Shown piece by piece: positions 1-9,802 of a stretch of 64,000 nt of DNA. Origin of the DNA: Candidatus Krumholzibacteriota bacterium (GTDB lineage: Bacteria > Krumholzibacteriota > Krumholzibacteriia > JAJRXK01); assembly GCA_963764625.1 (NCBI GenBank), contig CAVXTH010000005.1:453532-517531 (forward strand), read 5' to 3'. The notes below the pieces were generated by a model. That model searched no databases, had not been told where the DNA came from, and saw only the letters and a program-made list of their open reading frames with translations. Numbering within the stretch: the stretch's first letter is position 1; each line of letters starts with the position of its first letter. The translations under genes and the position numbers were made by a program.

Positions 1-931
1 TCGCGTCGAAGGGGCGGTAGAGCCTCACCTTGACCAGACCGACTTTCTCGCCCTGCTCGTTCAGCTTTCGGACCGCTTCTTCCGCCGCGCCGATCCCGCT
101 TCCCATGAGCACCACCACGCGCTCGGCCTCGGGCGAGCCCACGTAATCGAAGAGGCGGTACTGGCGTCCGGTGAGACTGGCGAATCGGTCCATCGTCTCC
201 TGGACGACACCGCTGCAGCGGTCGTAAAAGGGATTGATGGCCTCGCGCGCCTGGAAGAAGACGTCCGGATTCTGGGCCGATCCTCTCAGCACGGGCGCCG
301 ACGGGTTCAACGCACGTTCGCGGTGCGCATAGATCAACTCTTCGTCGATCATGGCGCGAATCTGTTCGTCCTCGAGGACCTTCAGCTTGTTCACTTCGTG
401 GGAAGTGCGGAAGCCGTCGAAGAAGTGCAGGAAGGGGATGCGCGTCTTCAGGGTCGCGGCCTGCGCGATGAGCGCCATGTCTTGGACTTCCTGCACTCCA
501 CCCGAGGCCAGGAAGGCCCAACCGGTGCCGCGCGCCGCCATGACGTCGCTGTGGTCCCCGAAAATCGAGAGCGCGTGCGTGGCGACCGAGCGCGCCGCGA
601 TGTGGAACACGGTAGGGGTCAGCTCACCGGCGATCTTGAACAGATTCGGAATCATCAGGAGAAGTCCCTGCGACGCGGTGAAGGTGGTCGTGAGCGCACC
701 AGCCTGCAGAGAGCCGTGGACCGCTCCGGCGGCCCCCCCTTCGCTCTGCATTTCGATGACCTCGGGCACCTCGCCCCAGAGATTCTTCTGTCCCGCGGCG
801 GACCACGCATCCGCATGCTCGCCCATGGGCGATGCGGGTGTGATGGGGTAGATGGCGATGACCTCGTTGGTCTTGTGCGCCACTCTCGCCGCGGCTTCGT
901 TGCCGTCGATCACCGCGAAGCGATCAGCCAT
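1..931 (-). CDS. nifJ: Pyruvate:ferredoxin/flavodoxin oxidoreductase, N-terminal part (runs off the window's left edge)
   Basis: Absent from the ORF track. Manual minus-strand translation from ATG 931 gives MADRFAVIDGNEAAARVAH...IYPITPASPMGE...EMQSEGGAAGAVHG...TTFTASQGLLLMIPN...FFDGFRTSHE, the classic PFOR motifs. Confidence 0.95.
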   Translation of the reverse strand, partial: MADRFAVIDGNEAAARVAHKTNEVIAIYPITPASPMGEHADAWSAAGQKNLWGEVPEVIEMQSEGGAAGAVHGSLQAGALTTTFTASQGLLLMIPNLFKIAGELTPTVFHIAARSVATHALSIFGDHSDVMAARGTGWAFLASGGVQEVQDMALIAQAATLKTRIPFLHFFDGFRTSHEVNKLKVLEDEQIRAMIDEELIYAHRERALNPSAPVLRGSAQNPDVFFQAREAINPFYDRCSGVVQETMDRFASLTGRQYRLFDYVGSPEAERVVVLMGSGIGAAEEAVRKLNEQGEKVGLVKVRLYRPFDA

Positions 932-1059
932 TTCCGAGCCTCCTGCGTGCCCCAGGCTCCTGATTTGGAGTGGGATAGGTACCCACAGTGGTGTCTGGGC
1001 AGAGGCCGGGCAAGGTTTGCCTTCATTCCGTTCTTCTGGCTCCGTACCCCCTCCAAATC

Positions 1060-1099
1060 CGGACAAAATGTCCGAAAGTGCCCCCGGACATCTTGTCAG
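1060..1099. promoter_or_regulatory. Tandem palindromic regulator sites (GACA-N3-TGTC)
   Basis: CGGACAaaaTGTCCG (1060-1074) and CGGACAtctTGTCAG (1085-1099) lie between the divergent nifJ and regulator genes. The motif recurs at 2668 and 22286. Confidence 0.65.
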
Positions 1100-1184
1100 A
1101 AAACGTGTCTGAGGCTAGCTTCTTGGCCAACCCGCGCGCTCGCCCGCGAGGGGGAGCTCGCAGCCCAAAGGAAGCAGCGACACG

Positions 1185-2624
1185 ATGAGCCAGGCCGATG
1201 CCCGCCCCACTCCGATGGAAGACGCCGAAGCCCTCGGACGGGGCACGATCCTCATCCTCGACGACGAAGTCCAGATGCTGCACTCCCTCGACCGGATGAT
1301 TCGCCGCGAAGGCTACGAAGTGATCACCGCGCGCGACGGCCGGGAAGGTCTGGAGGTCCTGCGCCAATACGACGGCGAGGTGGACGTGGCCCTCTGCGAT
1401 TTGCGCATGGGGGAAATGGGAGGCATGGAATTCGTCGAGGCGGCGCGCGCGCTGTATCCCGATCTGGAAACCGTGATCATGACCGGCTACGGCACCATCG
1501 AAGCCGCGGTGGAGGCGATGCGGGCCGGCGCCTACGACTTCTTGCCCAAACCGTTCAAGCGCGTGCAGATCCTCAAGATCCTCTCACGCGCACTGGAGCG
1601 GAGGGCCTTGGTGGTGGAGAACCGCACCCTGCGCGCGCAGATCGAAAGCCATGGTGGCCGGACCGTCGTGGGCAACAGCGAGGTCATGCGCCGGGTGCTT
1701 GATCTGGTCAATCAGGTCGCGCGGAGCGAGGCGACGGTGCTCATTCTGGGGGAGAGCGGCACCGGAAAAGAGGTCATCGCCCGCGCCCTGCACGCGGCGA
1801 GCGATCGCGCGCGCAAGCCTTTCATCAAAGTGAATTGCGCCTCGATTCCCGAGACCCTTCTCGAAGCCGAGCTTTTCGGCTACGAGCGGGGCGCCTTCAC
1901 CGGCGCGGTCAAGCGCAAGCCGGGGCGCTTCGAATTGGCCGAGGGAGGCACGCTCTTCCTGGACGAAATCGGCGACGTTTCCCTGGAGATGCAGGTGAAA
2001 CTGCTCCGGGTGCTCCAGGAGCGCGAGTACGAACGGCTGGGGGGCACCGAGACCCTCAAGGCGGATCTGCGTTTTCTGGCCGCCACCCACCAGGACCTTC
2101 ACCAACTCATTCGGGAGGGCCGTTTCCGCGAGGACCTCTACTACCGGCTCGCGGTCATCCCCATCGAGATTCCTCCCCTGCGCGAACGTCGGGAGGACAT
2201 TCCCCTTCTGGCGGCTCATTTCGTCCAGCGCCTCAGCGAGAAAAACAAGAACGTCACCCCCGCCGTGCACCCGGAGGTCCTGGACCGTCTCAATTCCTAC
2301 GACTGGCCGGGCAACGTGCGCGAACTGGAGAACGTGCTCGAACGCGCGGTGGTCCTGTGTAAGGACCACATGATCGTGCCCCAGGACCTGCCGGCTCACA
2401 TCGCTCCCCGCCGCTTCGAGGGCAACGTCCTCAAGGTGCCCATGGGCACTCCCATGCGCGAGATCCAGGAGAAGGTCATCGACCAGACCCTGGCCATCAC
2501 CAGCGGCAACAAGGAGAAGGCGGCCAAGATCCTGGGCGTCGCGGCGCGCACCATCTACCGGCACATCAAGGCCCGAGAGGAGAGGGAAGCCAAGGGAGCC
2601 GACGCCGACCCCTCCGTTTCCTAG
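1185..2624 (+). CDS. Sigma54-dependent response regulator (AtoC/NtrC family)
   Basis: Receiver domain (ILDDE, CDLRM, KPF), AAA+ domain (GESGTGKE, GAFTGA, FLDEIG, WPGNVRELEN) and C-terminal HTH. Confidence 0.95.
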   Translation: MSQADARPTPMEDAEALGRGTILILDDEVQMLHSLDRMIRREGYEVITARDGREGLEVLRQYDGEVDVALCDLRMGEMGGMEFVEAARALYPDLETVIMTGYGTIEAAVEAMRAGAYDFLPKPFKRVQILKILSRALERRALVVENRTLRAQIESHGGRTVVGNSEVMRRVLDLVNQVARSEATVLILGESGTGKEVIARALHAASDRARKPFIKVNCASIPETLLEAELFGYERGAFTGAVKRKPGRFELAEGGTLFLDEIGDVSLEMQVKLLRVLQEREYERLGGTETLKADLRFLAATHQDLHQLIREGRFREDLYYRLAVIPIEIPPLRERREDIPLLAAHFVQRLSEKNKNVTPAVHPEVLDRLNSYDWPGNVRELENVLERAVVLCKDHMIVPQDLPAHIAPRRFEGNVLKVPMGTPMREIQEKVIDQTLAITSGNKEKAAKILGVAARTIYRHIKAREEREAKGADADPSVS

Positions 2625-2658
2625 AACCGGGCCGGAGAATGCCCTAGTTTCGCCTCAT

Positions 2659-2682
2659 CCCGTCAAATTGACAAAATGTCCG
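2659..2682. promoter_or_regulatory. Palindromic regulator site(s) upstream of the vor operon
   Basis: TTGACAaaaTGTCCG (2668-2682) overlaps a second imperfect copy, CCGTCAaatTGACAA. Confidence 0.6.
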
Positions 2683-2846
2683 AATCCCTCCCGTGAGAGC
2701 ACCGGATCCTTGGATCTGGAATTCCAAGTGACTAGCTTTCCAGCGGTGCGGGAGCCGGCCCCAGGGCCGTGCTCCTTGCGCCATGGACAGCATTCTCTGA
2801 CTGGATTCAGGATTCTCCCATCGATCCAGCACGAAGGAGCCCCGCG

Positions 2847-3080
2847 ATGAGCACCAAGACCGTTGAGGATCGAGGCAAGTGCGAGGTCATCCCCGACCTC
2901 TGCAAGGGGTGCGGGCTCTGCATCTCTATGTGTCCCGAGACTTGTATCGATCGTGACCACACATTGAACCGCCGGGGTTACCGCCCCGCCATCTACCAAG
3001 GACATGGCTGCACCGCCTGTGGGATTTGTTTTTCGACCTGTCCCGAGCCCAGCGCCATCATCGTCACTCGTTTTCGTTAG
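2847..3080 (+). CDS. 2x[4Fe-4S] ferredoxin subunit of 2-oxoacid oxidoreductase (VorC/delta-like)
   Basis: [12 protein letters not shown] and [12 protein letters not shown] motifs. RBS AAGGAG precedes ATG 2847. Confidence 0.9.
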   Translation: MSTKTVEDRGKCEVIPDLCKGCGLCISMCPETCIDRDHTLNRRGYRPAIYQGHGCTACGICFSTCPEPSAIIVTRFR

Positions 3081-3091
3081 GGGAGACCGCC

Positions 3092-4267
3092 ATGCCGCTG
3101 AACGAAAAGGGCTTCCGCAGTGCCGTGCCCACTTGGGGATCTCCTGAGGAATTGGATACGCGGGGCCGCAAACTCGGGAACGCCGAGAGCGGCGAAGGCG
3201 CCGCCGTACTCATGAAGGGAAACGAAGCCGTGATCCACGGCGCCCTCTTGGCCGGGTGCCGCGGCTTCTTCGGCTATCCCATCACGCCGGCCAGCGAGAT
3301 CGCCCACACCGCGGCCGCGATGTTTCCATTGGCCGGGGCCGTCTTCCTGCAGGCCGAGAGTGAAATCGCGGCGATTCAGATGGTGTACGGTGCCGCATCG
3401 GCCGGAATCCGTACCATGACCGCCAGTAGCAGTCCCGGCATCAGCCTCAAGCAGGAGGGCATCTCCTACGCGGCCGGCAGCGAATTACCAATGGTGGTGG
3501 TCGACATCATGCGCGGGGGACCCGGGCTGGGAAACATCGCGCCGGAGCAGGGCGACTACTTCCAGATGGTCAAGGGCGGCGGTCACGGGTGCTACAAGAT
3601 GGTGGCCCTGGCTCCCAACAGCGCGCAGGAGATGTGCGATCTCACCATGGAGGCCTTCGAGGTGGCCGATCGCTACCGCAATCCGGTGGTGGTTCTGGCC
3701 GACGGCCTGGTGGGTCAGATGAAGGAGCCGGTGCATCTGCCCCACGCGGTGCGGGAACTGCCCGACAAGGACGATTGGTGCGTGGCGGGAACCGCCGCGA
3801 CCCGGAAGAACCTCATCTGTTCGATCAAGCTCGAGCCCGAGGTGCTGGAAGAGCACGTTCGCCATCTCGATCGCAAGTACCAGCGCATGGCGAAGGACGA
3901 GATTCGCTGGGAGGAGTACCGCACGCAGGACGCCGAGTTGATCTACGTCGGCTACGGCGTGGTGAGCCGCATTCTGCAGGGCGCGGTCGACGCGGCCCGC
4001 GAGCGCGGCATCAAGGCCGGGCTCCTGCGCCCCATCAGCCTGTGGCCTTTCCCCAGCGAAGCGCTGCGCGCAGTCTGCTCCAAGGCCAAGCTCTGCATGG
4101 TGGTCGAGCTCTCCACCGGACAGATGGTGGAAGATGTGCGCCTGGCGGTGAGCGAATTGGTTCCCGTCCGCTTCTACGGACGGGCGGGAGGCGTGCTCCC
4201 TTCGACCGACGAGCTCATGGAGGAGACGACCGCGGTTTGGAATTCGCTCGTGGGGGTGACGGCATGA
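3092..4267 (+). CDS. vorB: 2-oxoacid (2-ketoisovalerate-type):ferredoxin oxidoreductase alpha subunit
   Basis: [35 protein letters not shown] and RGGPGLGNI motifs. Confidence 0.88.
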   Translation: MPLNEKGFRSAVPTWGSPEELDTRGRKLGNAESGEGAAVLMKGNEAVIHGALLAGCRGFFGYPITPASEIAHTAAAMFPLAGAVFLQAESEIAAIQMVYGAASAGIRTMTASSSPGISLKQEGISYAAGSELPMVVVDIMRGGPGLGNIAPEQGDYFQMVKGGGHGCYKMVALAPNSAQEMCDLTMEAFEVADRYRNPVVVLADGLVGQMKEPVHLPHAVRELPDKDDWCVAGTAATRKNLICSIKLEPEVLEEHVRHLDRKYQRMAKDEIRWEEYRTQDAELIYVGYGVVSRILQGAVDAARERGIKAGLLRPISLWPFPSEALRAVCSKAKLCMVVELSTGQMVEDVRLAVSELVPVRFYGRAGGVLPSTDELMEETTAVWNSLVGVTA

Positions 4268-5703
4268 AGATCATCGAGAGGCCAAAATCCATACTGGAGA
4301 CCTTTCCCCGCAAGGGTGGAGCCGAGCCCGACGCGACGCACTACTGCCCCGGCTGTGGACACGGAATCGTCCACAAACTCCTCGGCGAGTGTATCGACGA
4401 GCTGGAGATCAAGGATGACACCGTGCTCATCAGCCCGGTGGGGTGTTCGGTCTTCGCCTATTACTACTTCGACACGGGCAACGTTCAGGCCGCGCACGGA
4501 CGCGCGCCGGCGGTGGGCACCGGAATCAAACGAGCGCGCCCCAAGAGCATCGTCATCTCCTATCAGGGCGACGGCGACCTGGCGGCCATCGGCGGCAACA
4601 ACATTCTGCAGGCCGCGAACCGGGGCGAGAACATGACGGTCATCTTCATCAACAATGCCATCTACGGCATGACCGGCGGACAGCTCGCACCGACCTCCAT
4701 TCTGGGAATGCACACCACGACCACCCCTCGGGGCCGTGAGTTCAGCGACTACGGCAGCCCCATGCGGGTAGCCGAGCTCTTGGCCAACCTGGACGGCGTT
4801 TCGTTCTCGGCGCGGCATGCACTGACCACGCCGGCAAAGATCAATCGCACCAAGAAGGCGATCAAGAAAGCCCTGCAGTACCAGATGGAGAACCACGGGT
4901 TCTCCATCGTCGAGATTCTGAGTCAGTGTCCTACCGGCTGGAAGATCGACCCGGTCGATTCTCTGGCCTGGATCGAAGAGAACATGGTTCCCGTGTTTCC
5001 TTTGGGCACCTTCAAGGATTCCCCGCACGACCGGGCGACTCCTCCTGAGCCGGCCCACTACGATCCCGAGGCGGTCGAGCGCGTGGTTCTTCGCGGGGCG
5101 CAGAGCTCCCAGAAGGCCGTGCGCCTGAAGCAGCCGCCCTGGACCAAGGCGTTCAAGGGTGAAGGAGCCAAGAAGGACACGATTCGCATGAAGGTGGCCG
5201 GCTTTGGCGGACAGGGTGTTCTCATGCTGGGAGAGCTGGCGGCGAAGGCGGGCATGCTGGAGGGCGTCAACGTGACCTGGCTTCCCAGCTATGGCCCGGA
5301 GATGCGCGGCGGAACCGCCAACTGTTCGGTGGTTGCCTCGACGCGCGAGATCGGCAACCCGCTGGTGGATGCCTCGGAAGTACTCGTGGCGATGAACCGT
5401 CCTTCCCTGGAGAAATTCGAGAAGGACGTGCAACCCGGCGGCGTGATCTTCTACGACAGTAGCCTCATCTCCACCGCGCCCACTCGCGACGACGTGGAAG
5501 TGTATGCGGTGCCGGCGACCGAAATCGCGAATTCGTTGGGCATGAACCGAGTGGCAAACGTCGTCCTTCTCGGCGCGATGAACAAGGTGCTGGGATTTCC
5601 GGCCGAGGTGAAGATCCAGGAGACCATCAAGTCCATCAGCAAGAACGAGAAGATTCTCTCGATCAACCAGAAGGCCTTCCAAGCTGGATTCGATTCGGTC
5701 TAG
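4264..5703 (+). CDS. 2-oxoacid:ferredoxin oxidoreductase, fused beta (TPP-binding) and gamma subunits (VorA-like)
   Basis: HYCPGCGHG and [10 protein letters not shown]...[11 protein letters not shown] in the beta part; AGFGGQG and [14 protein letters not shown] in the gamma part. ATGA overlap with the upstream gene. Confidence 0.9.
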   Translation: MKIIERPKSILETFPRKGGAEPDATHYCPGCGHGIVHKLLGECIDELEIKDDTVLISPVGCSVFAYYYFDTGNVQAAHGRAPAVGTGIKRARPKSIVISYQGDGDLAAIGGNNILQAANRGENMTVIFINNAIYGMTGGQLAPTSILGMHTTTTPRGREFSDYGSPMRVAELLANLDGVSFSARHALTTPAKINRTKKAIKKALQYQMENHGFSIVEILSQCPTGWKIDPVDSLAWIEENMVPVFPLGTFKDSPHDRATPPEPAHYDPEAVERVVLRGAQSSQKAVRLKQPPWTKAFKGEGAKKDTIRMKVAGFGGQGVLMLGELAAKAGMLEGVNVTWLPSYGPEMRGGTANCSVVASTREIGNPLVDASEVLVAMNRPSLEKFEKDVQPGGVIFYDSSLISTAPTRDDVEVYAVPATEIANSLGMNRVANVVLLGAMNKVLGFPAEVKIQETIKSISKNEKILSINQKAFQAGFDSV

Positions 5704-5714
5704 GGGGACTCGGG

Positions 5715-7220
5715 TCAAACCGATCCGGGACGATCGGGAAACGCGCTGCCGGTCTCTTTCGGGGGAGCTTCCCCTTCCAAGAACGCGGGCAGCCAGACGG
5801 TGAAGCCGACACCCTTTTGGGGAAAGCTCTTCACGGTGATGCTGCCACCGTGTTCCTCCACCAGGGTCTTGCAGACGGAAAGTCCGAGTCCCGTTCCGTT
5901 GACTTTGGTGGTGAAGAAGGGATCGAAGAGTTGGGAGAGATGAGCCGGCGGAATGCCGGGGCCATCGTCCTCCACCACCACTTCGAGTCCCGTGCGTTCG
6001 ATCCCGTCCGGGCCGATGGGACAGCTCTGTCGAGCGTTCATCCAAATGGTTCCCCCAGATTCCACGGCCTGAAGGGCGTTCATGCAGAGGTTCAAAATGA
6101 CCTGCTCCAACTGGTTTGCGTCGCCCAAAATGGGGGCCAGTTGAGGATCGATACTCACGATGAGCTTCGTCCCCTGCTTTTGCGAGGCGTGATGAATCAG
6201 ACGCTCGACGCGAGAGAGCACGTTCCTCATCTGCAGAGGCTCCATCTCGGGCTTCTCGGGACGGGAGAAGCTGAGCAGCTCCCTCACCAGTCCACCGATG
6301 CGATCGGTCTCGCGCACGATGGTCTCGAGCTCTTCCCGGAGCACATCGTCGTCCTCGAGGTCGAGCATGAGGAACTCGGCCGTGTTGGAAATGACTCCCA
6401 GAGGAGTACCGATCTCGTGCGCCAGCGCCGCCGCCATGTTTCCCACCGCGGTCATGCGCTCGGTGAACGCCATTTTCTCTTCCGCCAGCTTGCGCGCCGT
6501 GATGTCGCGCACCACGAAGCTGTAGCCGTTGGGACGTCCGCTTCCGTCCAGGAGCGGGGTACGCGAAACGTCGATCCACAACAGATTGCCCGTCCGCGAT
6601 TCCACTTCGATCTCTCGATTGTCCAGAGCGAGGAGCGGATCGCCGGGACCGAAGATCTCCTGCGCGACGGCCCAGGCGCTCTCGCTGAAGAGTCGCTCGA
6701 TGGGTTCGCCCACCGCGTCGCTCACGTCCCATCCGAAAATCTTCTCGGCGCCTCGATTCCAGAACCGTACGGTGTGCACTCGGTCGAGCGCGATCACTCC
6801 GTCGTTTCCGTTGCGAATGGCCGAGAGGAGGAAGCGCTCGCGCCAGCTGTCGAGCTGACCCATCTCTTCGCTGGGCAGCGGGAGGATGAGCGTGACGACC
6901 ATGTCGCCGTCCTTCCCCATCGGAGCCACCACCACGCGGAAGTAGGCGAGAGTTCCGTCTTCGGCCTGCGCACTGCGAAGCGTCTCCGTCGCCCTTCCCG
7001 AGCGCAGGACCAAAGGAGGCAGGCAATCCTCGCAACGCCTGTCCTTGGGAACGTATCCGGTGAAACAGTGCTTTCCCTGCAAGCCGGGGAAGTTCTCGAT
7101 GTGTTCCTTGAAGTAACGGTTGCCCCAGAGCAGGTTGAGACGCTCGTCGAGAATGGTGATTCCCGCCCGTACCGAATCGAAGAAAGGGAGAGACTCGCGG
7201 ATGTCATCCAGCTTGGACAT
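5715..7220 (-). CDS. Cytoplasmic PAS-PAS sensor histidine kinase
   Basis: LAHEIGTPL H-box, QVILNLCMNA N-box, DDGPGI, FDPFFTTK and GTGLGL. First PAS domain carries C-x9-C-x2-C. Probable start is ATG 7220. Confidence 0.9.
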   Translation of the reverse strand: MSKLDDIRESLPFFDSVRAGITILDERLNLLWGNRYFKEHIENFPGLQGKHCFTGYVPKDRRCEDCLPPLVLRSGRATETLRSAQAEDGTLAYFRVVVAPMGKDGDMVVTLILPLPSEEMGQLDSWRERFLLSAIRNGNDGVIALDRVHTVRFWNRGAEKIFGWDVSDAVGEPIERLFSESAWAVAQEIFGPGDPLLALDNREIEVESRTGNLLWIDVSRTPLLDGSGRPNGYSFVVRDITARKLAEEKMAFTERMTAVGNMAAALAHEIGTPLGVISNTAEFLMLDLEDDDVLREELETIVRETDRIGGLVRELLSFSRPEKPEMEPLQMRNVLSRVERLIHHASQKQGTKLIVSIDPQLAPILGDANQLEQVILNLCMNALQAVESGGTIWMNARQSCPIGPDGIERTGLEVVVEDDGPGIPPAHLSQLFDPFFTTKVNGTGLGLSVCKTLVEEHGGSITVKSFPQKGVGFTVWLPAFLEGEAPPKETGSAFPDRPGSV

Positions 7221-7277
7221 GGGACATAGCTTCGAGAAAGGAGTGCCCGGCGTCAAGTCGCCGGGCAAAGGGACCTC

Positions 7278-9557
7278 ATGAGCGACCAAGTTCGTCAGCG
7301 CTGGAAATACGCGGTGGAGCTGGGGCCGCAAATCGAGGATTCCGGGGCCCACATTCTGCGCCTGGCGCGCGAACTGCACCTGGGCGGTCGGATGCGGCGC
7401 TACGAATCCTCGCTGCAGCTCGAGGTCGAAGGCGAACCGGCCGCCCTGCGCGCGTTCGACGAACGCCTGAAGAGAACGCTCTCACTGGCGAGATCACAGC
7501 TCGAGACCATGTCGAGGGAGGACCTCCCTCCCAAGGGTGAGTTCGAATTCGAGATCGTGGTAGCCGACGTCGAGGGAATGTACTCCGCGCCTTTCTCTCC
7601 TGATCGCGCGCTCTGCAGCGAATGCCTCAAGGAGCTCTTCGAGCCCGCCAATCGCCGCTACCGCTACCCCTTCACCGCGTGCGGCGAGTGCGGGCCACGA
7701 TACAGTATCACCCGCAAGCCACCGTACACCCGCGACACCACTTCGATGGCTCCCTTTCCTCTCTGCGACAACTGCCGCAGGGAGTACGAGGATCCCAGCG
7801 GACGCCGTCATCACGCCCCGCTCATATCCTGTCCCGACTGCGGCCCCTGCTATTGGATCGAACCCGCACCCAAGTCCAAGTCGGCCGCTGATGTGGTTTA
7901 CGAAGCCGCGAAACTTCTGAAGCAGGGACACATCCTGGCCATCAAGGGAACCGGTGGCTTCCATCTGGCCTGCCTCGCCGATGACGACGCTCTGGTGCAG
8001 AGGCTGCGCCGACGGGTGCAGCGGCGCACCAAGCCCATGGCGGTCATGGTGCCCGATCTCGATTGGGCGCGACGGGTGTGCCACCTCAATCCCCTGGCTC
8101 GAGGCAAGTTGAAAGACCCCTCGGCTCCCATCGTGCTCGCGCCGAAGAAACATCCCGAAGTGCTGGCGCCTTCTGTCGCGCCCGATTCTCCGGATTACGG
8201 TTTGACCCTGCCCAGCACTCCGTTCCGCCACCTATTGATGAGCGCGCTCCAGCAACCTCTAATCGTCACGGCCGCGAAGTTTGCCGGAGAGACGATCGTC
8301 GCGAGCAACGAAGAGGCTCGCACGCGCTTGCGCGACGTGGCCGACTACATGGTTCTGCACGACCGCGAAATCATGATGCCCTGTGAGGATACGGTCATGC
8401 GGGTGCAGGGGGACGATCTGGTGACGACCCGGCGTTCCTGGGGGCAGGCTCCCCGCCCCTTGGTTCTGGACCACGAGATTCCCTCCATTCTCGCCTTGGG
8501 CGCCATTCATCGGGGGACCCTCGCTCTGGGCTTCGGACGCTGGATCGTCCTGAGCCAGCATCTGGGGAGACTGGATTCCCCGGCGGTGGAGATTCTCTTT
8601 CGGCAAACCCTCGAGCATTTGACCCGCCTGCACGACTTCACCCCGAGCGCCCTGGCTTATGATCTCCACCCTGAGAGCCTGGGCCAGCGCCTGTGCAAGG
8701 AGATGGGGCTTCCCTCGATCGGAGTGCAACATCATCACGCACACGTGGCCTCAGTGATGGCGGAGCACAATCTGCAAGGACCGGTCCTGGGACTGGCCCT
8801 CGATCGGGCAGGGTGGGGCGAGGATGGTACGCTGTGGGGCAGTGAGTTTCTGGTGGGAAACGCCCATGAAGTCGAGCGGGTCGCGCACCTCCCCTACTTT
8901 CCCCTCCCCGGCGGCAAGAGCGCGTTCACTCACCCCTGGCGAAGCGCGGCCGGGCTTCTCTGGGAGCTCAAGGGCAAGGACACGGCCAAGGCCTGGCTCG
9001 AGGTCTCGGCTCCCGATCCGGTCGCGGCGGAGACGACGCTCTCTCTCTTGCGCGAAAACCTCAGCTGTCCGCGCGCCTGCGGCTTGGGTGCGGTGTACGA
9101 TGCGCTGGCGGCGATCCTGGGAATCCTGAGCAACCAGAGTTTCGACGGACAGGCGCCGATGTCCCTGGAGCGCCTGGCCGGCGTCCCCCACGAAGTCGAC
9201 GAGACCGGCCTTCCCGACCCGGACGCCGAAGCCCCGGAGTACTTTCGGGCCGTCATCGAGCACCTCCTTCTCAAGCCGTTCAACAGCCGACAGCTCGCGG
9301 CGGCAGGAGCTTGGACCCAGGCCGCGGTGGCGCGTTGGATCGCCCAGCGCGCGGTGCGCGTGGCACAAGAGCACCAGCTCGGTACGGTGGTGGCCAGCGG
9401 AGGATGCCTCGTAAATGCCTGGCTGCGGCAGGAGCTGCGCACCCGCTTGGCCCGCGCTGGGCTGCGCTTCTTCACCAACGCCGCGATTCCTCCCAATGAC
9501 GGAGGATTGCCGGTAGGGCAGATTCAGGTGGCGGCGGCGCGTCTTGCCGGCGCTTGA
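7278..9557 (+). CDS. hypF: HypF-like carbamoyltransferase (divergent)
   Basis: Zn fingers (CSEC...CGECGPRY, CDNC...CPDCGP), KGTGGFHLAC, DLHP, VQHHHAH and PPNDGG. Several canonical motifs are altered (see findings). Confidence 0.85.
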   Translation: MSDQVRQRWKYAVELGPQIEDSGAHILRLARELHLGGRMRRYESSLQLEVEGEPAALRAFDERLKRTLSLARSQLETMSREDLPPKGEFEFEIVVADVEGMYSAPFSPDRALCSECLKELFEPANRRYRYPFTACGECGPRYSITRKPPYTRDTTSMAPFPLCDNCRREYEDPSGRRHHAPLISCPDCGPCYWIEPAPKSKSAADVVYEAAKLLKQGHILAIKGTGGFHLACLADDDALVQRLRRRVQRRTKPMAVMVPDLDWARRVCHLNPLARGKLKDPSAPIVLAPKKHPEVLAPSVAPDSPDYGLTLPSTPFRHLLMSALQQPLIVTAAKFAGETIVASNEEARTRLRDVADYMVLHDREIMMPCEDTVMRVQGDDLVTTRRSWGQAPRPLVLDHEIPSILALGAIHRGTLALGFGRWIVLSQHLGRLDSPAVEILFRQTLEHLTRLHDFTPSALAYDLHPESLGQRLCKEMGLPSIGVQHHHAHVASVMAEHNLQGPVLGLALDRAGWGEDGTLWGSEFLVGNAHEVERVAHLPYFPLPGGKSAFTHPWRSAAGLLWELKGKDTAKAWLEVSAPDPVAAETTLSLLRENLSCPRACGLGAVYDALAAILGILSNQSFDGQAPMSLERLAGVPHEVDETGLPDPDAEAPEYFRAVIEHLLLKPFNSRQLAAAGAWTQAAVARWIAQRAVRVAQEHQLGTVVASGGCLVNAWLRQELRTRLARAGLRFFTNAAIPPNDGGLPVGQIQVAAARLAGA

Positions 9558-9802
9558 GGGAACGTTTCGGCTCGGCGGGCATTTAAAGGAGTATCAGAGC
9601 CGCTTCTGTGGTAGGGTCAGCTTGCGGAGGTAACGATAGCCAAGGTTTAGGAGGAAACGATCAAACGACCGTTCTCCTCCAGAAAAAGCTGAGCACAGGA
9701 GTCATTCCTCCTTGTCTCGGGCTCCACGGCTGACCACTATGACTACCGAAACCCATGAACGGTCGATCACTCGGTCGACCGAAAGAGGCTAGAGAGGTAA
9801 CG

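Noticed and set aside
2764-2780. Sigma54 promoter for the vor operon (GGCCGTGCTCCTTGC)
   Set aside because: The GG-to-GC spacing is 11 rather than the required 10, so it was not called. An indel error remains possible.
323-7229. Long alternative ORFs (323..1702 +, 4174..7035 -, 5817..7229 +) and similar ones elsewhere, such as 19042..20592 - and 60940..62634 -
   Set aside because: These are shadow ORFs typical of high-GC DNA. They overlap well-supported genes and have Arg/Gly/Pro-rich, motif-free translations.
9560-9800. GEMM-I (c-di-GMP/cGAMP) riboswitch
   Set aside because: The GGCAAACC...GAAA...GACGCAAAGC consensus was not found. The region is kept only as an unclassified structured leader.
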